Shown here in pieces: positions 26,906 to 39,378 of a stretch of DNA of 64,000 nt. Under the pieces are notes generated by a model that made no database searches, was not told the origin of the DNA, and saw nothing but the letters and a program-made list of their open reading frames with translations. Origin of the DNA: Nemertoderma westbladi (Eukaryota > Animalia > Xenacoelomorpha). The position numbers and the translations under genes are program-made. Where the stretch lies: contig JAUCBJ010004223.1 in NCBI GenBank assembly GCA_032718475.1, positions 1-64,000 on the forward strand. Reading direction: 5' to 3'. Numbering within the stretch: position 1 is the first letter of the stretch; the number at the start of each line of letters is the position of its first letter.

Positions 26906-27380
26906 AGTATTCCCGATAATCTTCTTTGTTCACAATCCACCAAATCGGCTGTACAGCTTTACAAACAATGAGGTAACGCCGATATGTTTCAACTGCAGGC
27001 TCCTCCAGAGAACGAAATTTATTGCAAAATTTAAATCGACGCTAATGTTTAAAATGGTACAATTGCACACAGAAGATAAATAATATTTTTTAACTCTTAA
27101 ACAAAAATACATTTCCAGCAAAATTGGAATTGGAACCTCAGAAAATGTAAGTGTTTGAAAATAAAAATAATAATTCTGACTCAAAAGTTTCAAAGTGCCA
27201 AAAAAATACCCTTTTTGATGACGGTAATACTTGAATGACCCCTTATAAAGTATACTATAAGTCTATTAGTTCAAGGTTCTTCTCATCTTAGAATTTTTAA
27301 CTCTAAAATAAAGATAAAAGTAGTAGATTATTACAAATAAATATACTATATGAGCCTATAGCCCATGAGGTAAGATGATA

Positions 27381-27468
27381 AGAACCGAGGACTACAGCAT
27401 TCCCTTTAATCCTGTTTATATCGCAGAACCGAGGACTACAGCATTCCCTTTAATCCTGTTTATATCGC
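27381..27468. repeat. Perfect 44-bp tandem duplication ~65 nt into intron 4
   Basis: agaaccgaggactacagcattccctttaatcctgtttatatcgc occurs twice. Confidence 0.9.
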
Positions 27469-27533
27469 GGTTTTTTTAGTTCAAATTATAACGAAAAAAC
27501 TGTCCACCTTGTAATTATTCTCAATACTCTCAC

Positions 27534-27743
27534 CTTGATAAGATACTTGGTAATATCGCGGCCGGCAATGTCCAACCGTTTAGTAAGATGGGGTAACGAG
27601 AATCCGTCATACACGGGACATATGTGGGTGACGCCATCCCCTGAGTCAACAACCACACCTGTTAGTAAACCTTGGGCGTAGAGTGTCATTACAGCCTGAA
27701 TGGCAACGTAGACCCCGGCGAATTCAAACTGCTCCAACATAAT
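27534..27743 (-). CDS. ACTR2: Arp2 exon 4, [18 protein letters not shown]...[15 protein letters not shown]...[13 protein letters not shown]
   Basis: Overlaps ORF 27486-27740. Actin phosphate-2 loop DSGDGVTH, 210 nt, acceptor atttcag, donor GTGAGA. Confidence 0.95.
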
Positions 27744-27812
27744 CTGAAATAATCAACCAATGGCGTGCGTGTCCGATAGATATATGTTAATGTCATAACT
27801 AAACTGTCATAA

Positions 27813-30800
27813 GTTCCGATATACTAGATAGAAGGTTCCGATATACTAGATAGAAGGTTCCGATATACTAGATAGAAGGTTCCGATATACTAGATAGAAG
27901 GTTCCGATATACTAGATACAAGGTTCCGATATACTAGATAGAAGGTTCCGATATACTAGATAGAAGGTTCCGATATACTAGATAGAAGGTTTCGATATAC
28001 TAGATAGAAGGTTTCGATTTACTAGATAGAAGGTTCCGATATACTAGATAGAAGGTTCCGATATACTAGATAGAAGGTTCCGATATACTAGATAGAAGGT
28101 TCCGATATACTAGATAGAAGGTTCCGATATACTAGATAGAAGGTTCCGATATACTAGATAGAAGGTTCCGATATACTAGATAGAAGGTTCCGATATACTA
28201 GATAGAAGGTTCCGATATACTAGATAGAAGGTTCCGATATACTAGATAGAAGGTTCCGATATACTAGATAGAAGGTTCCGATATACTAGATAGAAGGTTC
28301 CGATATACTAGATAGAAGGTTCCGATATACTAGATAGAAGGTTCCGATATACTAGATAGAAGGTTCCGATATACTAGATAGAAGGTTCCGATATACTAGA
28401 TAGAAGGTTCCGATATACTAGATAGAAGGTTCCGATATACTAGATAGAAGGTTCCGATATACTAGATAGAAGGTTCCGATATACTAGATAGAAGGTTCCG
28501 ATATACTAGATAGAAGGTTCCGATATACTAGATAGAAGGTTCCGATATACTAGATAGAAGGTTCCGATATACTAGATAGAAGGTTCCGATATACTAGATA
28601 GAAGGTTCCGATATACTAGATAGAAGGTTCCGATATACTAGATAGAAGGTTCCGATATACTAGATAGAAGGTTCCGATATACTAGATAGAAGGTTCCGAT
28701 ATACTAGATAGAAGGTTCCGATATACTAGATAGAAGGTTCCGATATACTAGATAGAAGGTTCCGATATACTAGATAGAAGGTTCCGATATACTAGATAGA
28801 AGGTTCCGATATACTAGATAGAAGGTTCCGATATACTAGATAGAAGGTTCCGATATACTAGATAGAAGGTTCCGATATACTAGATAGAAGGTTCCGATAT
28901 ACTAGATAGAAGGTTCCGATATACTAGATAGAAGGTTCCGATATACTAGATAGAAGGTTCCGATATACTAGATAGAAGGTTCCGATATACTAGATAGAAG
29001 GTTCCGATATACTAGATAGAAGGTTCCGATATACTAGATAGAAGGTTCCGATATACTAGATAGAAGGTTCCGATATACTAGATAGAAGGTTCCGATATAC
29101 TAGATAGAAGGTTCCGATATACTAGATAGAAGGTTCCGATATACTAGATAGAAGGTTCCGATATACTAGATAGAAGGTTCCGATATACTAGATAGAAGGT
29201 TCCGATATACTAGATAGAAGGTTCCGATATACTAGATAGAAGGTTCCGATATACTAGATAGAAGGTTCCGATATACTAGATAGAAGGTTCCGATATACTA
29301 GATAGAAGGTTCCGATATACTAGATAGAAGGTTCCGATATACTAGATAGAAGGTTCCGATATACTAGATAGAAGGTTCCGATATACTAGATAGAAGGTTC
29401 CGATATACTAGATAGAAGGTTCCGATATACTAGATAGAAGGTTCCGATATACTAGATACAAGGTTCCGATATACTAGATAGAAGGTTCCGATATACTAGA
29501 TAGAAGGTTCCGATATACTAGATAGAAGGTTCCGATATACTAGATAGAAGGTTCCGATATACTAGATAGAAGGTTCCGATATACTAGATAGAAGGTTCCG
29601 ATATACTAGATAGAAGGTTCCGATATACTAGATAGAAGGTTCCGATATACTAGATAGAAGGTTCCGATATACTAGATAGAAGGTTCCGATATACTAGATA
29701 GAAGGTTCCGATATACTAGATAGAAGGTTCCGATATACTAGATACAAGGTTCCGATATACTAGATAGAAGGTTCCGATATACTAGATAGAAGGTTCCGAT
29801 ATACTAGATAGAAGGTTCCGATATACTAGATAGAAGGTTCCGATATACTAGATAGAAGGTTCCGATATACTAGATAGAAGGTTCCGATATACTAGATAGA
29901 AGGTTCCGATATACTAGATAGAAGGTTCCGATATACTAGATAGAAGGTTCCGATATACTAGATAGAAGGTTCCGATATACTAGATAGAAGGTTCCGATAT
30001 ACTAGATAGAAGGTTCCGATATACTAGATAGAAGGTTCCGATATACTAGATAGAAGGTTCCGATATACTAGATAGAAGGTTCCGATATACTAGATAGAAG
30101 GTTCCGATATACTAGATAGAAGGTTCCGATATACTAGATAGAAGGTTCCGATATACTAGATAGAAGGTTCCGATATACTAGATAGAAGGTTCCGATATAC
30201 TAGATAGAAGGTTCCGATATACTAGATAGAAGGTTCCGATATACTAGATAGAAGGTTCCGATATACTAGATACAAGGTTCCGATATACTAGATAGAAGGT
30301 TCCGATATACTAGATAGAAGGTTCCGATATACTAGATAGAAGGTTCCGATATACTAGATAGAAGGTTCCGATATACTAGATAGAAGGTTCCGATATACTA
30401 GATAGAAGGTTCCGATATACTAGATAGAAGGTTCCGATATACTAGATAGAAGGTTCCGATATACTAGATAGAAGGTTCCGATATACTAGATAGAAGGTTC
30501 CGATATACTAGATAGAAGGTTCCGATATACTAGATACAAGGTTCCGATATACTAGATAGAAGGTTCCGATATACTAGATAGAAGGTTCCGATATACTAGA
30601 TAGAAGGTTCCGATATACTAGATAGAAGGTTCCGATATACTAGATAGAAGGTTCCGATATACTAGATAGAAGGTTCCGATATACTAGATAGAAGGTTCCG
30701 ATATACTAGATAGAAGGTTCCGATATACTAGATAGAAGGTTCCGATATACTAGATAGAAGGTTCCGATATACTAGATAGAAGGTTCCGATATACTAGATA

Positions 30801-31714
30801 GAAGGTTCCGATATACTAGATACAAGGTTCCGATATACTAGATAGAAGGTTCCGATATACTAGATAGAAGGTTCCGATATACTAGAAAGAAGGTTCCGAT
30901 ATACTAGATACTAGAAGGTTCCGAAATACTAGATAGAAGGTTGCGATATACTAGATAGAAGGTTCCGATATACTAGATAGAAGGTTGCGATATACTAGAT
31001 AGAAGGTTCCGATATACTAGATAGAAGGTTCCGATATACTAGATAGAAGGTTCCGATATACTAGATACAAGGTTCCGATATACTAGATAGAAGGTTCCGA
31101 TATACTAGATAGAAGGTTCCGATATACTAGATAGAAGGTTCCGATATACTAGATAGAAGGTTCCGATATACTAGATAGAAGGTTCCGATATACTAGATAG
31201 AAGGTTCCGATATACTAGATAGAAGGTTCCGATATACTAGATAGAAGGTTCCGATATACTAGATACAAGGTTCCGATATACTAGATAGAAGGTTGCGATA
31301 TACTAGATACAAGGTTCCGATATACTAGATAGAAGGTTGCGATATACTAGAAAGAAGGTTCCGATATACTAGATAGAAGGTTCCGATATACTAGATAGAA
31401 GGTTCCGATATACTAGATAGAAGGTTCCGATATACTAGATAGAAGGTTCCGATATACTAGATAGAAGGTTCCGATATACTAGATACAAGGTTCCGATATA
31501 CTAGATAGAAGGTTGCGATATACTAGATACAAGGTTCCGATATACTAGATAGAAGGTTCCGATATACTAGATAGAAGGTTCCGATATACTAGATAGAAGG
31601 TTCCGATATACTAGATAGGAGGTTCCGATATACTAGATAGAAGGTTGCGATATACTAGATAGGAGGTTCCGATATACTAGATAGAAGGTTCCGATATACT
31701 AGATAGAAGGTTCC
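27813..31714. repeat. 22-bp satellite, ~177 copies, filling ~98% of Arp2 intron 3
   Basis: Unit gttccgatatactagatagaag. Begins 6 nt after the exon 3 donor; the intron is 27744-31720. Confidence 0.97.
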
Positions 31715-31720
31715 ACTGAC

Positions 31721-31901
31721 CTCGAGCATCTTCATCCTATTAGTCAGCGGGTTCATTGGCGGCTCTGTCAGTAGGATTTTGCTGTCCTTGGGGTTTATGT
31801 TAAGTTTTGTTTCACCGAAGGTATATTCCCATAACAACATCTGGTCTTCCCAATTCCTAACCATGCCGTTCTCCATTGGATAACTCAGCTCCAATAACGA
31901 C
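31721..31901 (-). CDS. ACTR2: Arp2 exon 3, (R)[20 protein letters not shown]...[18 protein letters not shown]
   Basis: Lies within ORF 31655-31909. YPMENG and LTEPPMNP motifs, 181 nt, acceptor attag, donor GTCAGT. Confidence 0.94.
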
Positions 31902-32053
31902 CTAATCATGTCAGTTAGATAGTATTAGCTAATTATTTATATAGTCTGTGGATTAATAACGGCTATAATTAACTATAATATTAATATATCACCCAGCTAA
32001 GCCAATATACTCAATGTAAATAATAATTGTGGTCAGGTATTCTAGGTCACTAA

Positions 32054-33910
32054 TCAAGAATACAGGAGCTAATAAACCAACAGGTTGATGCCATCAATGA
32101 TGCTGACGACAGCAGGCAATCATCCCAGGCATGGAAATCGATCAATCTGCTTACTGGGCGGAAAAGCCAACCAATCACCAAGGTTAAGGCTGAATCACCA
32201 GCCGATCGCCTCAATGGTTGGAAAGCCCACTTTGAAAAGCTCCTCAATAATGACAGGTTATTGCCTGATAACTTTATAGAAGTAAAAGTGTCTGAGTCTG
32301 TACTCCCAGATATTCCCATTGGCGATATCTCCTTTGCAGAAGTGAAGGCTGCTGCAAAGAGCATTAAGACCAATCGTGCCAGTGGAGTAGATGGTGTTCC
32401 CCCTGAGGTCTTTAAAATACCTGAGTGTTTAAAGCTCATCTATCCCATCATAGTAGACATGTACCGAACAACAAGAGTCGCACAAGAAATGAAAACAAAT
32501 AAGTTGGTGCCAGTTCCCAAGAAGGGCAACCTAACACTCTACGGTTCTTTTCGGGGAATCTCATTGATCTCGATTGCTGCAAAGCTATACAATAGGATTC
32601 TATTAAATCGCATCAGGGATCCCATTGAGAGACTGCTCCGTGGAAATCAGAATGGGTTCCGTAAAGGTCGTGGGACCATGGAGCCCATTTTGGCACTTAG
32701 AAGGATAATTGAAGAGTTATCAAAAAAGAAAGACAGGCATCTGGCTGTTATCTTTGTTGACTTCTTCAAGGCCTTTGATTCAGTCTCTCGCTCACGTATG
32801 TTCAGCATACTTTCATTATATGGGATTCCTGATGAAATTATTGCAGCAATCAGATCAGTATACGATGGTTCGACAACATTTGTGTCTACTGTTGACGGTG
32901 ACACAGAACCATTTGAAGTGTTATGGGGCGTCCTCCAAGGAGACACACTTGCACCATTCTTGTTCATTATTGTGGTTGACTATGTTCTACGCATGTCCTT
33001 AGATCATCATAATGATGATGGGGTGATGATAACTCCACCTACTGGCTCCAGAAGTCGAGGAAATCCTGCCAAGTACCTAACTGATCTAGACTTTGCTGAT
33101 GACTTAGGAGTACTCTCAGAATCACTAGAGGGAGCCCAACGGCTCCTCAGCTCATTAGAACATGCTGCTTCTAGTGTTGGTCTTTTTATTAACTCCAGAA
33201 AGACCAAAATTCTGACAGTTAACTTTGAAAGTCCTCAGCAAGTCTCTGATCGGATGAGCATAAGCTCAAAGGATGGTATGCTTGAGCATGTGGACGACTT
33301 CTGTTACCTGGGATCATGGATCCGGAAGTCAGGTGAGGACCTTCGAATACGTAAGGGAAAGGCATGGGCAGCCTTGAATAGGCTTTCCATGATTTGGAAG
33401 TCACCGAGAATTAATCGGAAACTTAAGGTCCGATTATTTAGAGCAGCAGTAGTTCCAGTACTCCTCTACGGGAGTCCATGCCGGGCTCTAACTGCTGAGG
33501 ACACCAAATCTCTGGATGGCACATTCACAAGAATGCTACGCCGGGTACATTGTGTCAAGTACAATGCACACATCTCCAACCAGACACTATATAACATTGG
33601 AGGTGTCTCATTGGTTCCCCCAAGCTTGACACTAGAACAAAATCGCCTCGGCTTTGCAGGACATTGCTTTCGCCGTGAGGACCAGCCAGTGCATAATCTT
33701 GTACTTTGGCAGCCTCATGGAGTGAATAAGCATGGTGGACAGCCCATGACTTTCTTGAGACGTATCTTAAAGGACACTGGCCTTAAAGATGCGGATGATC
33801 TAGCAAATGTCATGGGTGATAGGGAGTTGTGGCGGTGCAATTTTGTTGACAAGCCGGCACAGCATTCTTAAAAATGCAGCTGCAATGCAGCATGCCGATC
33901 CTAGTAGTAG
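32054..33910 (+). mobile_element. 5'-truncated RTE-clade LINE with an uninterrupted RT frame, antisense in intron 2
   Basis: ORF 32261-33871, with the frame open back to ~32054. Motifs FRGISLISI, QNGFRKGRGT, FVDFFKAFDSV, GVLQGDTLAPFLF, DLDFADD, FCYLGS, FAGHCFR. Short 3' UTR ending in (TAG)3. Confidence 0.92.
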
Positions 33911-33969
33911 TTGTCTGTTCGAGAACGGAACATACCGATATAATACCTGATGCAAATTAATCTGTATAA

Positions 33970-34077
33970 CTACCCTACCTACAATAGTCCTAACTATACC
34001 CTACCCTACCTACAATAGTCCTAACTATACCCTACCCTACCTACAATAGTCCTAACTATACCCTCAACCCTACCTAC
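33970..34077. repeat. 31-bp tandem repeat, ~3 copies, just inside the intron 2 donor
   Basis: Unit taccctacctacaatagtcctaactataccc. Confidence 0.85.
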
Positions 34078-34103
34078 GACCCCCCTTTAGCTATTTAACC
34101 TAC

Positions 34104-34249
34104 CTAACTTCACTGGCTTCGTCTCCAATCATAATGTCTTTAACTTCAATTCCACCGACTTTAGAAGTTGATCTAATAATTGGCCGACCCACAATCGACG
34201 GGAAAATATATTCTGGAAAATTACTTCCGGCAAATCCACATTTTACGAA
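34104..34249 (-). CDS. ACTR2: Arp2 exon 2, [48 protein letters not shown](R)
   Basis: Acceptor ttcttctttag, 146 nt, donor GTAGGT, phase 2. In frame with exons 1 and 3, with Arp2-like sequence. Confidence 0.94.
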
Positions 34250-34260
34250 CTAAAGAAGAA

Positions 34261-34430
34261 CAATATTTATATATTTGATTATAATTATTTATTATATCAA
34301 TATTTATATATTGATTAGTATTATTTATTATATCAATATTAATATATTGATTAGTATTATTTATTATATCAATATTTATATTTGATTATAATTATTTATT
34401 ATATCAATATTAATATATTGATTATGATTA
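34261..34430. repeat. ~36-bp AT-rich tandem repeat, ~5 copies, adjoining the exon 2 acceptor
   Basis: caatatt(t/a)atatattgatta...ttatttattatat at 34261, 34298, 34334, 34370 and 34405. Confidence 0.85.
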
Positions 34431-35599
34431 GCACTTGAACTGGTAGAAACACAAATTTGTGTTTTCAGAATACAATGTTGACTTGGTCATGTATATATTT
34501 CGTTGTTACTTGGTGAGATGTTTTTTATGAGTTTTATACCACACCTCAGCGTTTTTCTTTGGATATTATAATTATTTAAATGTTCATGTACAAAAATTTT
34601 TCTATTAAAATAAGGAGAAAATTGTTTTTTTTATAAGAAATAAGAACTATAAATAAATAATTAACAATAAATGAAAATAGTAAATAAATAATAATAAATT
34701 AAAATAATAAATAATAATAATAAATTAATAATAATAAATTAAAATAATAAATAAATAATAATAAATTAAAATAATAAATTCATTAATAAATAAGTTAGCG
34801 ATAAAAAAATTACGACCACAGGCGACAACGACGAGGGCAACAGACAACTCGTTAATGAATGGCACCTATATGCTAAGGCTTCGCTCACTTCGTGGCTCGC
34901 CCCAATGAGTAAGTAGAATACTGGAGAGTAGAATATACCGGTATTTCCATTCGTTTGGTCAGTCTCTCAGTTGGTAGGGTAGGCCACCTTGGCCTAGGCC
35001 TAACGGCAGGTGTTCAATAGGCCAGGTTACATCTATACTGTATTATATTATAGGCTAATATTACAAAAATAAAAATACCTTTTACTGGGTTATGAACAGA
35101 TAAAATAGGTAGGCCTAATAGATATGCATGACAAACTGAAAGTATTTAACACAACTGCACAAGGCAGCAATGCACAAAATCTAATTAGTTAAAATTACAA
35201 ATTGACTTTTACAAAGTAGAAGTACGTAAGTTAAAAGCTCGGTAACACAAACAGTAGGCTAACACACTTAGGGTTAAATTACTGCTTTAATTATGGTTTG
35301 TGCCTGACCAAAAAACCCTAACCTAAAAAACACCCCAGTCAGCACCTAAAAAACATTAAGTACCGGTAACCCAAGACAGCCAAGTAAAATAAAGCTGAAT
35401 GCTTTCCATATAAAAAGTGGCGCCTGTAGTCTGATAGTCAAAATGTATGTCAGTGTCAACTAAAATTGTCTGCATTAATTTATTGTCGTTATTTATTGAT
35501 GGTGTATATAGGCCTATATGTGTGTATATTAGCCTCGAGGAATGTCCCCTGAGGTAAAGACCTCGTCTCCGAGGGGGGTCCTCGTTAAAAAGTATTTAA

Positions 35600-37786
35600 A
35601 AATAAAATTGAACTGTCATCTAAATACAGAAATAGTTACTACAGGTGATGATCTTAACACTCATGATCTTAACACGACACTGGTTGCCGATGTGACCTTT
35701 GTGGACAACTTATTCCAAAGACGGGGACCTAGTGCTAGTGATGAAAACGAAGTTTGCCAGAGTTTTGTGTGTCGGTGGGGAATTGTTGGAAAGAAAAAGA
35801 GGAGAAGACCACCCAGGCAATATAGCACTTACGGGGGCCCGAAAATTGAAATTATCGGTCAAAGTGACAAAAATCTTGAAAATCAATATCCATTAATCGA
35901 ACTGAAAAAATATTTGGGGTTGGCGAATCTACTAGAGATTGAGGTAATGAGTTCCATACAGGCACCACCCTATTAGAAAAAAAGTATTTTGAGATTAAAA
36001 GACGTGAATGGGAAACAAGTAATTTGTGAGAATGACCCCTAAGCCCAGGTCTACCTGTATAAGAAAAATATTCATCAAAACACAAATCAACTAAATTTCT
36101 CTCAATTTTATACACCATCTTTAAATCAAAAATTATGCGCCTAACTTCCAATGGTTTTAACTTAAGAAACTGCAGTCGATCTACGTAGGTCATATATGGT
36201 AGTTTGCAACGGGCAAACAATCTGCGGGTGAAGTACTTTTGGACACGTTCGACCAAATCAATTGTACATTTATGATGAGGAGACCAAATGTAAGTACAAT
36301 ATTCCACTAAAGGACGAATATATGCTTTGTAAGCCGTAATAAGGGCAGATCGATTTGCAGTACGGAAGCACCGAAATATCATATTGGTTATTTTATTTGC
36401 TTTGGCGGCTTGCTCCCTACAGTACACATTAAATTTCAAGTCAGGGCACATAATCATTCCTAGATCCTTGCCATCCATGCATTCCAATTTTAAACCACTT
36501 AAAAAGTAAGGGTTTTCAGGGTTATTTAGTCCTAAGTAAAGCACTTGACACTTATGACTAGCTACGTTAAGTTGCCATGTATTAGACCAGGACGACAAAG
36601 CACCCAAAGAATCACATAAATTAATATAATTAGAAGACGGTGCATAAATCTTTACATCATCAGCGTATAATTTACAGCACACACCATTAATTCCAATTAA
36701 ATCAGGTAAGTCGTTTATAAAAATCACGAATAAAATGGGGCCGATAACACTTCCTTGCGGAGTACCTGATTGGACACTCCGGGAAACGGAAAATTCATTA
36801 CCTACTAGCACTTGTTGGCTCCGATTTGATAGAAAAGCTGCAATCCAAGCCAGAAGGTTACCACATATGCCGTATCCGGCAAGTTTACACAATAACTTAC
36901 TATGCACTACTCGATCAAAAGCCTTAGAGAAGTCTATGTACAAAATGTCAATAGAACATTTCTTTTCAGCTAAATTGACCCAATCGTTAATGCATTCCAA
37001 TAACTGAGTACCAGTAGATCGGCGCTTTAAAAAACCATGCTGATGTGTAGTAATTAACTTATGGGCAAAAAGGTAATCAATTAGTTCAGTTTTTATACAG
37101 GATTCCATTATCTTACATGCTACACAAGTTAATGAAACCGGGCGGTAGTTGTACGGGTCTGAGGCATTGCCTTTCTTAAAAATCGGAATAATGTTAGCAG
37201 TTAACCAAATAGAAGGCAGAGCGTGTGTTATAAACGAGACTTGAAAAATAATAGATAAAGGAAGTGCCAATTGACGAGCTAATTTATAAAATATAATGCT
37301 AGGAAAATTATCTGGAGTGTTGCTACGTTTAGGGGTAAGACCTCTCAGCGACGCAAATACCTTATCTACACTGAAATTTATTTCTGACTTCGACACATTT
37401 GAAGGGACTCTTCGTTCAAAAACCGGCACTTCCCCATTATCATTAACATAGTTCTCGGAAAGCACTTTCGAAAATATCTGTGCCTTTGTAATATCATCAA
37501 CTACTGTAGCACCATTAAATTTAAGTGGGGCAATACCTGATTTATTATTACGCTTTGAATTCACATATTTAAAAATGGCCTCAGGGTTATTTGATGAAAG
37601 AATATGGTTTTCACGTATGCAAGCATTTCGCAAAATAGCCCGGGATACTTCTTTTGTGCACCTGTTGTATTCAGTGAAACCTAGCGGGGTGTGTCTCCGC
37701 CGCCAAAGAAGTTTCTTTTTTTGCTGTAGTTTCCTAATATGTTCAGGATGCGCCTTCCTATTGCCTTTCTTTCTGTTGCTTTTGAT
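35600..37786 (-). mobile_element. 5'-truncated CR1-clade LINE with an intact RT ORF (35852-37633), in intron 1
   Basis: Motifs NYRPVSLT, QHGFLKRRST, YIDFSKAFD, GTPQGSVIGPILF, LYADD, RPLVEYCTYIWSP, LRGHSHKL, FFSNRVVPVWNSLP. The 3' boundary is approximate. Confidence 0.93.
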
Positions 37787-38230
37787 TTAGTCGAGTGTCG
37801 TTTCGCAATATTCAATGAGGTCTGTCAGATAGTCAGGTGAAGTTCCACGATATATCTTGTACATGCTGGTCACGATACCTTGGTGAACCCTTTCACGGAT
37901 TGGGAGCCAGTTTATGTTAGAGTAGTGTGAATAATCAATGTGCACTCGATCGCCCAGAAAAATACAGAAGCGAATGCACTTCCGCTGAAGCACATCTATC
38001 TTCTTCCGCCATCTAGCCGTTGTTCCAAAGTGCATAGTCTATATAAGGTTGTATGAGGGGATTACATAGCATTCGCCGCTGTCCCGATTTTAGTACATTA
38101 GCATGACGATATAAAAAAACGTATCCTCTGGTTACCTTTCAGCCTTTCATTGCTACACTTTCGGCCATTTCTTTACAAGACAATGTTTGGTCCAGCTGGC
38201 AAAATACTGACATAGGTAAAGGACTGATGA
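37787..38230 (-). mobile_element. Degraded L2/Crack-type LINE C-terminal fragment
   Basis: KIDVLQRKCIRF...NWLPIRER...MYKIYRGTSPDYL, typical of the post-RT region of CR1/L2-group LINEs. Confidence 0.65.
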
Positions 38231-38441
38231 AGAGACTGGTATTACAGTATTAATCTGTTAATTTCCCATTACGGTGGACCCGGTAGGCGGTAGCTGGGTA
38301 GGCCTACATGTAGGGGGTAGGCCTAAACTTTAATTTTATCATTTAGTCCTAACCTAAATAGGCCCTACAAAACCAGAAAACTGCACAAGAAATCTAGAAA
38401 TATATGAATGTGATTACTGGATTACTGGATTATGAACTTAC

Positions 38442-38489
38442 CCCGGTTCCGTTGTCACAAACAATTACTTTTTTCCCGCTACTATCCAT
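38442..38489 (-). CDS. ACTR2: Arp2 (actin-related protein 2) coding exon 1, MDSSGKKVIVCDNGTG
   Basis: Manual translation matches the Arp2 N-terminus (VVCDNGTG motif). ATG at 38489, 48 nt, followed by donor GTAAGT. Not in the ORF track. Confidence 0.93.
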
Positions 38490-39255
38490 GACTGTTTATC
38501 GGTAGATCCAGAGATCAGTAGTTGGAGTTGGCAGTTGGTAGACTGGCTGTCAGGGCCTGGGGTTATACGTACAAATTCACTTTACAATCTCCTGATCTCG
38601 TCAATTTTATGTAATAATTAGGCCACCGACAGACCGGTTAGTCAGGTAGTAGGCTCGTAGTACCGGTATATAGTACTAGAGGTCTATTCTGTCTGTCTCG
38701 TCTGTCTGTATTGCTGTCAGCTGTACCTACCTGTCAGGGTCAGCCTGTAGCCTACTGTCTGACTGTATACTGACAGACTGATGTACCTGCCTATTCCAGT
38801 ATTCTGCTAGTCACCTTTCAGCCTTTAGCTGTTTCCGATTGAGGCGATGAGGCGTAGATGCGTATATCAGTCAGTCAGCATGTAGTACGTAGTACCTACT
38901 GCATGAATGATGTATTGCAGTGCAGTAGGCTGGTAGGCCTGCCCTACTACCATACTGCCATAGGCAGATAGGCCTAGCAATGCCTAGTGTAGTAGGCCTA
39001 TAATACTATCCTACTGTCTGACTGTCAGACTGTAATATCAGAATATACAGACTGACAGATATAATATACAGACAAATATCAGAATATAGGCCTCTAAACT
39101 AAAACTGACCGTCAGACCGTTGTGTTGTTCTGTAGCTGTGTAGTGAATGAATTCAAAATCACAAGAAGAAGGAAGTGATTGTCTGATTGGTGTACAGGCT
39201 ACCAGTACAGTACAGCCAGACCCAGGTTGGAATTTATGTAGAGTTTGCTCAACAT

Positions 39256-39378
39256 GTGTGGCGCGGATTAAGGATCCTGGCGCGTAGTGACAGGGGCGTG
39301 TGGCGCGGATTAAGGATCCTGGCGCGTAGTGACAGGGGCGTGTGGCGCGCATTGAGGATTCTGGCGGTCCTGGCGCGA
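39256..39378. repeat. 42-bp tandem repeat, ~2.5 copies
   Basis: Unit gtgtggcgcggattaaggatcctggcgcgtagtgacaggggc. Confidence 0.8.

Noticed and set aside
26323-26943. 206-aa Gly/Arg-rich ORF
   Set aside because: It is a translation of the G-rich minisatellite with drifting frames and is not a credible protein.
3062-31714. Regular arrays as CRISPR loci
   Set aside because: The units are head-to-tail with no unique spacers and no cas genes, and the context is eukaryotic introns.
31902-34103. U12-type intron, suggested by the weak acceptor and nearby ctaac
   Set aside because: The donor is GTAGGT, not GTATCC/ATATCC.
12407-37790. Numerous short ORFs antisense to or overlapping the LINE and BEL elements
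   Set aside because: They are shadow frames of TE coding sequence with no independent motifs.
10020-38489. Conventional actin or a processed pseudogene
   Set aside because: The residues are Arp2-specific ([22 protein letters not shown]), the introns are canonical and the spliced frame has no stops.
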